From Batkoa obscura (Eukaryota), in the NCBI GenBank assembly GCA_030770535.1, contig JASVEC010000020.1:868001-904135 (forward strand): a stretch of DNA of 36,135 nucleotides, written 5' to 3'. The position numbers and the translations under genes were made by a program. The number at the start of each line of letters is the position of its first letter. Positions within the stretch are counted from its first letter, which is position 1. This document shows, piece by piece, positions 1 to 12,562 of the stretch. The notes below the pieces were generated by a model, which did not search any database, was not told the DNA's origin, and saw only the letters and a list, made by a program, of their open reading frames with translations.

Positions 1-1
1 T

Positions 2-100
2 GGGGATGTATTTTTGTGTTTAAGAATTTTGTTAACAATTTTTCCACTTAAATAGCATTTAAAAGATGGAAAAAGTAATGAAATCAAAAAAAACATCCCC
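2..100 (+). mobile_element. ~99-bp MITE family A, copy 1
   Basis: GGGGATGTATTTTTG...CAAAAAAAACATCCCC imperfect TIRs; body matches 12 other copies; left flank is cut by the window edge. Confidence 0.9.
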
Positions 101-1807
101 AATGGCTTTACAATTTATCTAATAACTTCAACTATTTAGTAAAAAAAACTCCTGGCTATCAAGGACCTTATCTCATAACTTATACTAAAAAGTTTTTAAA
201 AACTAAGAATTCATAAAAATCGTAAAAGTAATTAAAAATTTAAGACAATAGTTTGATTATATTATAACTATAGTAAGAAAAAAGTTTAGCAAACTGAAGC
301 CAAAGTTTGTAAATAATAATTCCTTCCCTTTGTTGAAATTGATTTCTTACTACAACTATGATCTAATAAAACATTTGTATCACATAAAGTTATCAACTAA
401 CTATAGGTCAAGAACTATTAATATAGGTGAGATTTAAAGATAATTAAATTTTTTTTATTACAAATCTAAAATAAATATCCAACTGTAAAGTATATCTAAA
501 ATGTTCTATTTTATTTAATAACGATATAAAAACTTTTATTTTTTTTATAAAGCTTTTAAGGCAATTAGAAATAGGAGCTATTTCAATACTATAAAAGTTT
601 AGTTATTTTAAATACCATTTCACAATAAGGATAGTATCAAGCTGAATATTCGATAAAGGGATATCTTTAAAAATAGAATATATAAAAACTTATTATAAAA
701 CTTAGTATAAAACCTTATTATCATTATATTAAATTTTAAATTTAAAACCTTCTTTAAAGTCAACTAGTATATTAAAACATTTAAAAAATAAACGCTAAAT
801 GAATTTTTAAGTTTTTAAACTTGTTGACTTCGTTTATATATTCATGTATGTAGCAAGTAATATACTTTAATATTCTTCTTTTAACAGTAACCAATTTATT
901 ATACTTGATCTTTATAACTTTATTTATATAAATATTAAATTAAAAGAATCCATTTTTTTAATTTGTTTTAGGAATCATAAATTTCATTTAAAAGGAGTAG
1001 ATTGTTTAAGGTAGTGTTACATTTGTTTCACCTCTTTTACGACTTTTTTGACTGTTCATTTAAGAATTCAACTCGAGACAAATTTGATTAGAATATAAAA
1101 AATCCGAGTTAAAAAACTGAATTCTACAAAGAATTTAATAATAAAAGTGGTCCTTAAAAAGATTATAAAAGAGTTGCAATAGCTAAAAATTGATAGTTCT
1201 AAATTTGTGTATACTGTTCTTAATAGTCAACTTCATTCTTTTTTTACCTAAAATTACTAAATCTATGCTTTCATAATTTAAGTGGAATTAGTTTACCCAA
1301 ATGTTTTCTAGTTTAATCCAATCATAATCGATTTTACTTTGAATGGTAAACAACAATGTTCAGGATAGCCTAAAGGAGGTTTATTTTGATTGGTTAAAAT
1401 AATCGAAGGACCAAACGGTTTTAGTTATAGTAGTGTTATTTTGGTTGAAATTTTATGCATTTTCACACATTTTATTTTATTTACCCACTTAAGATCAGTT
1501 GATTTTTGAAAAGATTATAATGTTCTCATATTATAGGGGAGAAATGGCACCAATTTAGGCATTCACTCTTGAAGATTGATAATAAGATCCAATCACCCAC
1601 TTGATTTCGGAGTGTAAGAATAAGTATAAGAAGGAGGATTTCCATATTAAAATTGGAACGAACAATTATTCCTTAATTACAATAACTAAAAAAATTGAAA
1701 TAAATAAAACTTTAACTTCTTACAACCAAATAGCATTGAATTGTTATTTTCAAATTTTCATTTTTTGCTTTTCTTTAATTATTAACTAGCGACTTTAATT
1801 TTCAATA

Positions 1808-2398
1808 ATGACTGATAAAGGGAAAAGATCATTATCTTCTTTCTTTCGCCTTCCTAAAATTCCAGTCAAGAATTTATTCATTCAAGAGAACAAAGGGTTT
1901 ATCTCATATTCAATTACCAAGCAGGGTAAGAGTTGGGAAGTTAAGGATTCCGTTGGATGTCAATTATTTTGGATTGAACTTGAAACTGAAAATGGTACAG
2001 GTAACGCAGCGGAAATGGTGGGTATATTTGGGGAACAATTGGCCATCCTTAGGAGATCCGGTTCAATGGAAAATACATTTAAACTAAGTTTTATTGATAC
2101 ACCAGAGATTGTAAGTATAACTATTGATTGTGGTTCCGATATGACCAATATAAAAAAGGTACGTTTTGAAACAGTAACGAAAGATGCTTCAGAGAAGGAA
2201 ACCGTTCGGAATTATGCTTGGGAAGCTACCTCTGCTTCCACTTGGAATTTATCCCTTAAAGGAGAATCAAAGATACAGGGAGGTTTTATTAAGCACAATG
2301 ATACTTCAGCTACAATTAATTTCCCACTTGAGTTAGCTGCCGAAGAAATTGCCATTTTTAGTTTTGCCATTTCTTTTGCTACCTGTTCTAAGTTTTAA
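1808..2398 (+). CDS. Hypothetical 196-aa protein, probable Tubby-C/LURP1/DUF6593-like fold (paralog A)
   Basis: Intronless ORF more GC-rich than its flanks; beta-strand pattern, YAW motif and C-terminal hydrophobic helix (EIAIFSFAISF) shared with ORFs at 5735, 9371 and 19933. Confidence 0.65.
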   Translation: MTDKGKRSLSSFFRLPKIPVKNLFIQENKGFISYSITKQGKSWEVKDSVGCQLFWIELETENGTGNAAEMVGIFGEQLAILRRSGSMENTFKLSFIDTPEIVSITIDCGSDMTNIKKVRFETVTKDASEKETVRNYAWEATSASTWNLSLKGESKIQGGFIKHNDTSATINFPLELAAEEIAIFSFAISFATCSKF

Positions 2399-5300
2399 TG
2401 ATGGTAAAAGTGTTTCTTTTAATATTAAATTATTAATTTTTTTAAAATTGAATACTTCTACTTATAAAAGGTAGTTGAATTTATAAGATATTACTTTGTA
2501 TCGTTTACAATCAACTATCAGTCTATTTGCTCTAATATTTTTCTCTACAATTTGTTTAAAAATAACACATTATTATGGTTATACAGATTAATATAATGTT
2601 TAATTGTAGTTTAATTGTTTTTTTGATGGTTTACCATTCACTGTTTTTAAGTTATTCTCATTTATATAAGTTATTCATTTATAATTCATTTTCATTTATT
2701 GTTTATAATATGTAAAGTTTATAAAACATATCAGTCATTTTTTATGTGAAAGCATCAATAATTATAAATAGTATATAATAAACTACTCTAGTTTATGTTT
2801 GTTAATTTATGAGTTAATATATTGTCAATTAATTATAACATTTTTAAAGTAACCTAGTTTAAAAAATAATATGTTTTAGACTATGTATTAGTAAAGCTAT
2901 ATATATGAATCTCAATAGATATTATATTATAGTCATACTATAAAAGATAACAAAAAGCACAAAAAACATAATATTTAGAATCAAAAGTAATATTAAAACA
3001 TAATAGAAAAAACATTAATATTTTTATTTAATAATAGTATAACTACTAAAAATGGCTACTTTCACTTGATGTTAAAATCTAGAACAAGGTAAGATAAAAT
3101 TTAAATTAATATATATACTACTTTAGATAATTTAAATAATCAATGGAACTGAAAAAGCAATATGAAGTATATTATCTATTAATAAACAAAATCAATTGTA
3201 ATAGAAATATTATAGATCAAAATGGAACTCAAGCTTAATAATGATAATATGAGGATCCATTGTTTTATTGAAAAATTCAACTACTAGTTCTTGAGTTTTG
3301 GGTGGCGTACATAGTATGATGACAAAATATTAAAATGAATGCCATTTTCCTATTTTTACCACTTAATGCTACCCCTATATAACGACTTTGTGGCTATAAG
3401 ATTTTTATCTATTTTTGAGTTTACCTAACCTTACTTATAAGTATTATGATAAAGAAGGCTGTTTTATTAACTTTTAGTATATGAGTAAGTTTAAAAGCTT
3501 TGTAAAATTTAAAGCTGCTTTTTTTGATTTAGATTGGAATTTACAAGTTTGTGTTGAAATGTTCATGTATCATTACATACCATTATTTTGACTATTTTTT
3601 ATGCAATATAAAATTGAGAAACGTTACTAATTAAATACTGAAAGAGAAAACAACTTAATATAAATAAACAAAACTACTAAATAGCAACTATTTCTACAAT
3701 TCTGTAATTGGCATATAACTTTTACAATATTTTAGAGACGGAAAATAGTTAGAGTTAAGGCTTGGGTTGAAATTCATATTAAATATCATTTTATGTATTA
3801 GTTTGAAAAACTATTATTGATTCCAAATTTAAAATAATTACAAAATAATCTACAAAGCTTTACCAATTATAACAAGTTAATCTATATTTATGCACTATAA
3901 ATAGCTACATAAGTTATTTATAAAAGACGGTTAAATAATTTTTAGTATAAAACTTGTATATTATAAATATCATAATATCAACCCAAAAAAGTCCTTGAAT
4001 ATTAAAGATATTAAAAATTACTAATTTATTTGTTTTAATTAGGTACATAAAATAGCTTGGCATTGTAGTACTTTCAAGCATAAAAAAATGGAACATAGAA
4101 TAGTTTTTATATGTATATGAAAGTGTTTTATATATAATAAATCATTATCACATGTAGAAGGATAAAAATATACAATTATCTTTTTCGAATAAGAAAGAGA
4201 AATAATATAATTATGCATAAAATAGACTCTAAAATTAAATACATTTGCAAAAAGTAATTTACTATTTTAACTTTAACAAAATGATAGCCCACTTTATAAT
4301 TTAAGCTATTGTTTTATAAATGGGGGTTTAAATTAGCATACATCTTTAAACCTTTAAAACAAGTTAAAATACGTTTTTAGAGGATATTCTTTTTATTTTT
4401 ATAAAACTAAAATTATTACATGTTGTATATGCATTATAATCATAAAAAGATTCTTTTTAAATTAAGTTTATTTACTTTTGAAACTATTATTTTTAACCAC
4501 CAACATAAGATTTGTGATCTTTATTTAACTATTAAAAGAAAAACGCCAAGTGTTTGTTTCATAAGTTTAAAAGGAGTTTTAATTCTAATATTCTCAATTT
4601 GATTATATTCTTGAAGGCAATATCTTTAAATTATGGGCACCATTTTTTGAATGTGTAAACCCTGGGGAAAGGTAGAGTCTAAATGGGCAAATATTTTAGA
4701 ATTACATTTTAACAAATATGATTGCCCAAGCATCATTGATCAAAAACTTAAATTATCTAGAAAGTGTAGTTTGTATCCAATGACTTGTGTGGGTTCAAAA
4801 TAAATTTAGACCAAAAAACATGCTTCTGAGAAATATTATCCGTTGTATTGATATATTGACCCGTGCAATTATAAGGTTGGCCCTTAACCGAGAATATTTT
4901 TAGTATGCTTATTATCAGGTTCTTTATCTTCCAGACTTATTTTAATAGCAAGAATAATTGATTTTAATGACTAACATTATATAATTTCACCGCTGTAAAA
5001 TTCACAGTTAATTAGGCATTTAGCCTCAGTGATACTCACTTTAAGCAAAGAGTTTATAGAATTGTAATATATTATTTGCTAAAAATAAACTATTGTTATG
5101 AGTTAATTCTCCAGTTCTTTTAAACTAAGTTAGAAAGCTCTATATTACTATTTGTAACGGATTCTTTTGTAAACAAACATTTCTTTTTAATATAAACAAT
5201 ATTTTTTATTGTAACTCAGCTTGATTTAAAACCTTACTTTTAGAACAATATTCTAGCCTATAGAATATTCATTACAAAGTAGTTTCATTATAAATTTCTA

Positions 5301-5734
5301 CAATATCAATGTCTATTAAATAGTTATTTATAAAAAGTATTACTAATCTACTATTAAATTACATACACATAATTTATAATATTTCTCCACTTTTAGATAG
5401 CATGCAATTAATTTTCATAAAAAACTAAGAATATTCCTATATAAAATCTCAACTGGTGAGAAATGTTTGGAACATTCTATACCCAAACTTTTACCATATT
5501 TATCAAATGATAGGTTAATAAGTTGAACAACGTAATACTATTGGTTATATAAATAACAATTTACTGCGTGATATTCAAAGCAAGTAATGAGGTGGGATCA
5601 AGGAGAATGAAAATGGTTTTTACAATAGGCGGGGTTAATAGTTTCAGTTTAAGTGAGCGTTTTTGATCTGATATAAGAATATAAATAGAAGTGAAAAGAA
5701 AATTCTTCAAATTTAAATACTTTCTAAACTTTAA

Positions 5735-6400
5735 ATGGCAGATTATTTGAATGACGGCTTTGACAACTTTGACAACTTACCAAACTATGATGATATTTAT
5801 AAAGATAAACTCATTAAGAGTAGACGCTTAACTGTACATAATTATGGATTTAGTAGACATTTCTGGGGAATTTACTGCCCAAAGTCTAATAAACCTATAC
5901 TAAAATATTACAGTGTAACTAACCATGAATCCTCAACATTGTGTACCTATAAAGAAAAGAAGCTAGCTAAAGTTGAAAGAAAAACTATAAAAGGGGAAGA
6001 ACCAACCTACGAAGTTGAATTAAACTTAGATAATACCTTTCATAGTCTATTTAATATTAAAATCACTTTAACACCATATGCCAAACTAGAATGCACAGAT
6101 ATCGATGGTATTTTACATACTTTCAAGTGGGTGCCCGGTGGAAAGCTTAGAAAGAAACTTGACTTAATAAGATTAAGCGAACCTGATGTTATATTAGCCA
6201 CTTTTACCTACAATTCTCATATTCCTTTTAAAGTTGGAGAAATTAAATTTATAAACGAAATGGGTGATAGTGAATCGATCCTCTTATTATTATTTTTAAC
6301 TTTTACATTATATAGTCAACAAGTTAAAACCAAGCATCTCGAAACTAATTCAAAACTCGAGTGTATTTCTAATCATCAAGCTTTGACTTATATACATTGA
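5735..6400 (+). CDS. Hypothetical 221-aa protein, probable Tubby-C/LURP1/DUF6593-like fold (paralog B)
   Basis: KLAKVER, TDIDG..FKW, LDL..PDVILATF, GEIKF and terminal ILLLLFLTF helix; TATAAATA ~50 bp upstream. Confidence 0.7.
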   Translation: MADYLNDGFDNFDNLPNYDDIYKDKLIKSRRLTVHNYGFSRHFWGIYCPKSNKPILKYYSVTNHESSTLCTYKEKKLAKVERKTIKGEEPTYEVELNLDNTFHSLFNIKITLTPYAKLECTDIDGILHTFKWVPGGKLRKKLDLIRLSEPDVILATFTYNSHIPFKVGEIKFINEMGDSESILLLLFLTFTLYSQQVKTKHLETNSKLECISNHQALTYIH

Positions 6401-6530
6401 TTTTGTGTTTTATTTATTAATTGCAATAAAGTTTTATTTAAGCTGATATTTGTGTCGTGATTACATTGTTATTTTTTCATTGGTTTAATAAAGTGTTAAA
6501 CAATTCTTTTATAAAATAAAACTTTTTAAA

Positions 6531-7436
6531 ATGAGTTCATTAAATAATGCTACTTCAAATGAAGAACGAAAAGATAGGAAAAATGGGAATAATAAAAATA
6601 ATTCAAATATTAAACTTAGTCGGATGCTCTCAAAGCTGTTAAGGCACCAACTTCCTAATTTTAGCAGAAAGCTTGTTATAAAAGAAAGTGGCTATGTGTT
6701 AGTTGAATCGATAGTAAATTATATAACAGTTAATTTCTAAGATAAATTTAATATTTAGTTAGCTTTGCCTTTATTTAAAGGACATACAATAGATGAAGTT
6801 TTTGAAGTGGTTAAGACTGATACAAAACAAAGGTTTAATCTTAAATCAATGGATAATTCTGGTCAAAATGGTTTTTGGATTAAAGCAAATCAAGGACACT
6901 CGTTTGAAGTAAATTATCAAATCACTTTATAACTTAACTATAACCTATAAAAAAGATAGAAGATCAAGATTTAGTCCAAATTATAGATCACTGCGATATT
7001 CCAGTAGCTATTCATGGTACAACATTAAAAAATTGGGAATTAATAAGTAAAATTAGATTATTATTTTGAAAAATATTAAAAATGAAATAGAAGAGTCTAG
7101 TGAATTAAAAAGAATGAATCGGAGTCATATCCATTTAGCCCCCGGGATGATTGGGGAGAATGGAGTAATCAGTGGTACTATAATCTATATAATTAAAAAA
7201 TCAAGTTAAATTAAAATGAAGGTATGCGTTATAATTGCGAAGTGTACATCTATATCGATACGGAGAAAGCAATTAAAAGTAATTTATATTTATTTATTTT
7301 AACTATCTATAGCATAAATTTAGGTGGAATTACTTTTTACAAATCGTTAAACAATGTTATTTTATGCCCAGGACCCATTCCATTAAATTTAATTAGTAAA
7401 GTTCTAGATAGAAACTTAGAAGAGATACAATATTAA
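6531..7436 (+). CDS. TPT1: tRNA 2'-phosphotransferase (Tpt1/KptA family), 6 exons, ~225 aa
   Basis: Exons 6531-6713, 6759-6908, 6956-7046, 7091-7174, 7222-7278, 7324-7436 join in frame via GT-AG introns; motifs LSKLLRH, KQRF, ANQGHS, HGT, MNRSHIH, SGMR, SxNNVIL. Confidence 0.95.
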
Positions 7437-9370
7437 ATGGTGATATAGTCTGATTTGATTAAGATTTTATTAACTATTTATTAATCATTTAAAGTAGTTT
7501 ATGCCATTTATTTGTATCAATATTACCTATCATATCCATAAAGCAATGTTTAACTATATTCAATTTTCCTTTTAAAACTTAAAGAATGTTAAGTTGCTCT
7601 TTAATTTTTTTAATATAAAATAATACAAAGTTTGAGAATATCTCCCAATAAAATCTCATTGGGCTTATTAAGGGGTGATGCCTTTTAAAAATGATAAAAC
7701 ATCTTTTTATTTATATTTTTGAAACTTCAAAAGTAAACGATACTTACTCAATCTATATGCTATAGAATAGTAAGTCAATCTTTTGAATTTTTTACCTTTA
7801 ATCCCATAGCTGTCATTAATCTTAACCTTAACCAACCTCTAGCCCAGACCCCAGCTAACCCCAATCAACTCCAACTAACTCCTAACCAACTATATTAAAT
7901 TGTCTTGGTTTTATGGCCTCTCAACAAGTTTTGTATAAGTTAATTTTCAAATTACGCCATACACTCGTTTTAAGGGAGATCTATATTTCATATACAATTT
8001 TATTAGATTGTTCACAAATTAACAAAGGAATATGCACTGATTTTTACTGAAATTTCTGCGTAAACTTAATTCATAGTAGTTAGGCTTAGTATCCAAATTA
8101 AAATACAGTAAGGAGTTGGTAAGAGGTATAAACATTTCAGCCATTTAATCTCCACGATCATTCTCAACTGAAATCATTATTGAAACTTTATAGTTTTAAA
8201 GCTCCTTTAAAAGAAAGCCTTTTTTTATTAGTCGGTTTTTTAATACAAAGATATCATAATTAAAAAATTAAATTCAAAAAATTACAACTAAAGTTATAGT
8301 TAATGTATGTTTAGAACATTCATATCTTTATTTGGCTATCTCTATTTAATTTACATCTGTTTTTGTCTCCCCTTTTGATAATCTTTTGTATTCATATCTT
8401 CAAATATACACTGTTTTTAAAATAAAGATAGAAAAAAGAACAAGTTAAAATATGATTTATTGATAAATCGTATTATTTGAAAGAATAAAAGAATTAATGA
8501 AAGAACAAAAGTTTATCAAGTTTATGATTAAATAGCCAATATATTATAGCAAAGATTAAAGACCAAAATAATTTTAGTATTGCACTATTTTGTAATGAAC
8601 CCATGCTATTATATTATAAATAAAAATTAAAAGTACTACAAAAATACTTTAAAATTATCAAAAGTTACTTAATAATAAAATTGTTGTTGGTAATACTAAG
8701 AATTAAGTTAAGTTAAAAGCGGGGTAATGAGAGACTTAAAGTGAGCTATTCTAATTTAATTATTTATTAACTGATTATTAACAAAATCTTGAGAAAGTGT
8801 GGGGCGGATAATTTCCCCTTTTCATATTTTATTTTACATGTATTGAGTTATTAACTAATTTAAAGCTAATGAATTAAATGATATGTTTTAGTTAATAGTT
8901 ATACTAATTCATTTATTTTTATTTTAAAATATTATAATATGTTTTTGAAATTTATAGGATTATAAATTTATAAGAACAAAACGTGTATCTTTAATTAGTT
9001 TTACCTTTTATAATAAGTTAAAAACAAATGAAATGAATGATAGGTTTATACAATAGCTTGGATTTCAGTTTGCTACAAACAAAAGTTTTGTATTTAAAAT
9101 TTATTTTATATACGTTTAATACCGTTGCATTTATTACTTAATAAAGATCAATATGTTTAAGGATCCAACTTGATTAAATCAATAAAAAATAAAATAAAAA
9201 TAATATTATTATTATTTCAAAAGAAAAACTTGTTTCTCTCTTTAATGACAAAATAGTAAAAGCCGGTCTTAGGGACACAGAATTGGATTTAATCTAAAAA
9301 TAATATATGAACATTACTTCCCCAAAATATAGAAATATCTTTCTTTAATTTAATTATTTATTTATTTATT

Positions 9371-9991
9371 ATGAACATTATTACACTAACAACAGAAACT
9401 TCATTCAATGAAGAAATAATACTACCAAAACAACAACCATGGATTCCTGATGATCAACTATTCTTTCACCAATATAAAATAAAAGCAGCCGATAAAACAT
9501 GGCAAATATTGGATAAAGAAGATTGTTTGCTCTATACAATGACAAATAACAAAAGTACTGGATGTATTCTATTAAATAAAGAAAGCTTAAAGATATGTAA
9601 ATTAAGCCCAAGAGGAATATTAAAGAGTGGGTATTGGATAGAAGTGATAGCACAATGTAAACAATTTAAAAAAATTACCATGAAACAAATAACGAAAAAG
9701 TCATGTCTAATGTGCTTTCAAATTAAATTTACTGACTTTAATAATCAACAGTTAGTATTCAAATGGATCTGTTACTCCCCTAAAAAATGGATATTAACTC
9801 AAGTTAGCCACCAAAAAAAGTCAACGGTGCTTGGTTTGTTTGATTTCAATGAGAACCTACTCTCTTTTCATCCCGCTTTAGGCCCTTCATTTACTACCAT
9901 CTTTTGTCTATCTATTTTTTTTATAAGTAACAATCACATAAATATGCTTGATGCTTTAGGGATAACCTCGCTTGATTTAAGTCTTATTTGA
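9371..9991 (+). CDS. Hypothetical 206-aa protein, probable Tubby-C/LURP1/DUF6593-like fold (paralog C)
   Basis: YKI..WQILD..LLY, FTD..FKW..WIL, VLGLF, LLSF and terminal IFCLSIFFI helix. Confidence 0.7.
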   Translation: MNIITLTTETSFNEEIILPKQQPWIPDDQLFFHQYKIKAADKTWQILDKEDCLLYTMTNNKSTGCILLNKESLKICKLSPRGILKSGYWIEVIAQCKQFKKITMKQITKKSCLMCFQIKFTDFNNQQLVFKWICYSPKKWILTQVSHQKKSTVLGLFDFNENLLSFHPALGPSFTTIFCLSIFFISNNHINMLDALGITSLDLSLI

Positions 9992-11565
9992 ATAATAAAA
10001 AGTTTATTTAATAGTTCACTTTTGATATTTTCTATATACTTTACAAGCTAATACAAATAAAGTCAAGTTCTTCAATTTAATTGTAAGTTTAAAATGATTT
10101 AAAAATAATGATCAAAAACCGCTTTCAAAGGTGTATAGTACAATAAAACATTAGGGGTATATCTTTTTAAAAAACTTAAAAAAGTATTAATTTAGATTGG
10201 ACTAACAAACTATTTTTTTCAACTAAAGGGATCTTTTTCAATTATAAGTTCATATTCTTTATTTAAATTTTATAATTTTTTATTTAAATTGAAGTTTATA
10301 GTTTATCAAAATATAAATAGAGATAATTTTATTAGAAGTATTTCAAGTTAAATAAAATAGCCTAAATTTAGGGATAGCTGAATAATATTACAAATCATAC
10401 TTTATACATTATTTCAAAACCTACGTTTTATACATTATTTTCGATCCGTATTCACTTATTTCTAATGGAGTTTATTAAACATCTGTAACATCATGTATAA
10501 TTTGTAAAAATCAATTTAATTAGAATTTAGTTTTACTAATTTTTTATTAAAATTTCATATAAAATTATTCAGATAGAATTTTATCTAAAGGCATTGATAT
10601 TTTAAGAAAGGATTCAAGGCACTATTCTACTTTTGAAATGGTATTTTATATACAAAGCTTAATTATCTTAACTCTTGTAAAATATAAAAATAGTTGTTTA
10701 ATTCCTAAAGAAATGGGTATGAATTTATAAACAAAAAATGTGCTATTAATAAACAGATATATTATAACTTTCATAATAAATACTATAATATAATTACCCT
10801 TTCCGATAAAGCGCTATTGATTATGCTATAGTAAAATTCAACAAAATTTAACAAATAGTAAATAATTGTGCAACAATAAGAGGTTATAAAAAAGGTTATA
10901 GTAATTTAAAACAAAACATTTTAAAAAATGAATACAATAAGTATTTGTTCTTTTAAAAAATCAACCAATTTACATTTGAATGAGATTAAAAATAGTTTTA
11001 ATATAAAAAGCCCCTGTTAATATTTTATTTAAAAGTGAAATAATAAAATTACTATAAAGATCCTTTTCTAAAAAAGTCCTCATTATTTGATCTTAAGTAA
11101 AATTGTTCAAGACATGTCAAGTTATCATCGACGTTCACTCCTATTAATATGCCCATAAACTTAGCAAAATGGGTTTCAAATAAAGTAAACACGTTTGTTC
11201 TTTGTATTAGTAATAGTAAAACAGCAATACAGTGGAAATTGATATTAAAGCACCTATTTTTTACTAAATTTAATCAAGTTTAGTTTATTCTATAAAGCTG
11301 TTTTAAAAGTAGCCTTTTTTTTCAGTTAAAAAATAGCCTAATTAATTGCAACAGTAAGTACCGTTTATTGGTAAAAGCAAAAAAAAGCTGTATAAAATTT
11401 ATTTTATTTTTCAGTTCTATACTACTACCGGATAAAACTTTCTCAAAAAGAGTGATTACTTTTCAAAGGACCTTATACTTTATTTTAGCTTAAAACTAAA
11501 TGCTTACTCTTGAAAAAAATACGACTGATGAATTTTCATTTAATTTTAATAAAATTTTAACAAAT

Positions 11566-11664
11566 GAGGATGTATTTTTGTGTTTAAGAACTCTACTAAC
11601 AATCTTTCCGCTTGAATAGCGTTTAAAAGGTGGAAAAAGTAATGAAATCAAAAAAAACACTCCC
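11566..11664 (+). mobile_element. MITE family A, copy 2 (TSD AAAT)
   Basis: AAAT-GAGGATGTATTTTTG...AAAACACTCCC-AAAT. Confidence 0.9.
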
Positions 11665-11875
11665 AAATGTTACTTACTATTTATCGAAATTGATTTTTTT
11701 TAGATATTATATTAAATAATTTTTTTTAGTATATTTAAATAATGTGAATGGCTATAAAATAATAAATAGGGGATAAAATACTAGGAAAGATTCAATGATA
11801 AATCAAAAGATAATGAGCTGAAGACTTCAAAAAGGATAATAATCGTTAATACTAATACAGATTTATTTGAATAAA

Positions 11876-12562
11876 TTAAAATGAGATATAAGGCTTTAGT
11901 AAATCTTTCTGTCGTCGATCCTCATCATATAATTTATCTTTCAAATTTTTGGATTCACTTTCACTTAATTTTAACTGTGGCAACGGTAAGGGAGTTGTGG
12001 CTGGAGTGGTGTTGTTGTCAATGATTATACTACTATGATTTTTAGGTGGTATATCTACTTTAGCAATGGAACTTGAACGTGTATGTATTTTTGGTTTATA
12101 ATTTAATGCTTTTGTACTTAAATTATTCAAACTTATAAGGTCAAGGTCCTTTGGTCTTTTTAAGTAGCCTTTTATAATCGAATCGAAGTTAAAATAGTTA
12201 ACCAAGTGCAATACATGCCCTTCTCGATTGATAAGAGAAATCGTTTTTTTCCTTAAAATAATCGAATCATTTAAACTGCTCTTCATTTTTTTATCTAAAT
12301 CGTATTTATCACTTATACTACTTATTCTAACATAGTGAAAAAAACCTTCATTTAGTCTGCCAGATGTCCAACTCATTCCATCCGTCCATCTTTTAATTCC
12401 TGTTATTGTTTCATCATAAATAAATAAATCCCCAGATTGAATTTCCAATCTCTCACTGAAACTTGGCCTTTCTTTTACCATATTTAATTTTCCTATCTTT
12501 ATTGCTTCAAATAACACTATTGCGTCCTCATAATCTTCAACATAAATAAGGGGTAAATCCAT
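11876..12562 (-). CDS. Gti1/Pac2 (WOPR domain) transcription factor
   Basis: DAIVLFEA, RP..ER..IQSGDLFIYDE..GIKRWTDGMSW, LRKKTIS, HLVNY, C-terminal EDRRQ; all typical of the WOPR family. Confidence 0.93.
   Translation of the reverse strand: MDLPLIYVEDYEDAIVLFEAIKIGKLNMVKERPSFSERLEIQSGDLFIYDETITGIKRWTDGMSWTSGRLNEGFFHYVRISSISDKYDLDKKMKSSLNDSIILRKKTISLINREGHVLHLVNYFNFDSIIKGYLKRPKDLDLISLNNLSTKALNYKPKIHTRSSSIAKVDIPPKNHSSIIIDNNTTPATTPLPLPQLKLSESESKNLKDKLYDEDRRQKDLLKPYISF

Noticed and set aside
4634..4728. Weak TGGGCA...TGCCCA inverted repeat (similar weak case at 3300-3375)
   Set aside because: Short, gapped arms, no TSD and no second copy; could be chance
6879..6902. Tpt1 IKANQGHS instead of IRANQGHS as an inactivating change
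   Set aside because: Conservative substitution; the Arg-His-Arg-Arg catalytic residues (LRH, KQRF, MNRSH) are intact
6531..7436. ORFs 6531..6740 and 7224..7436 as separate genes
   Set aside because: They are exons of the spliced Tpt1 gene
7821..7890. C/A-rich TAACC-like tract as an interstitial telomere
   Set aside because: Too degenerate, with no consistent repeat unit
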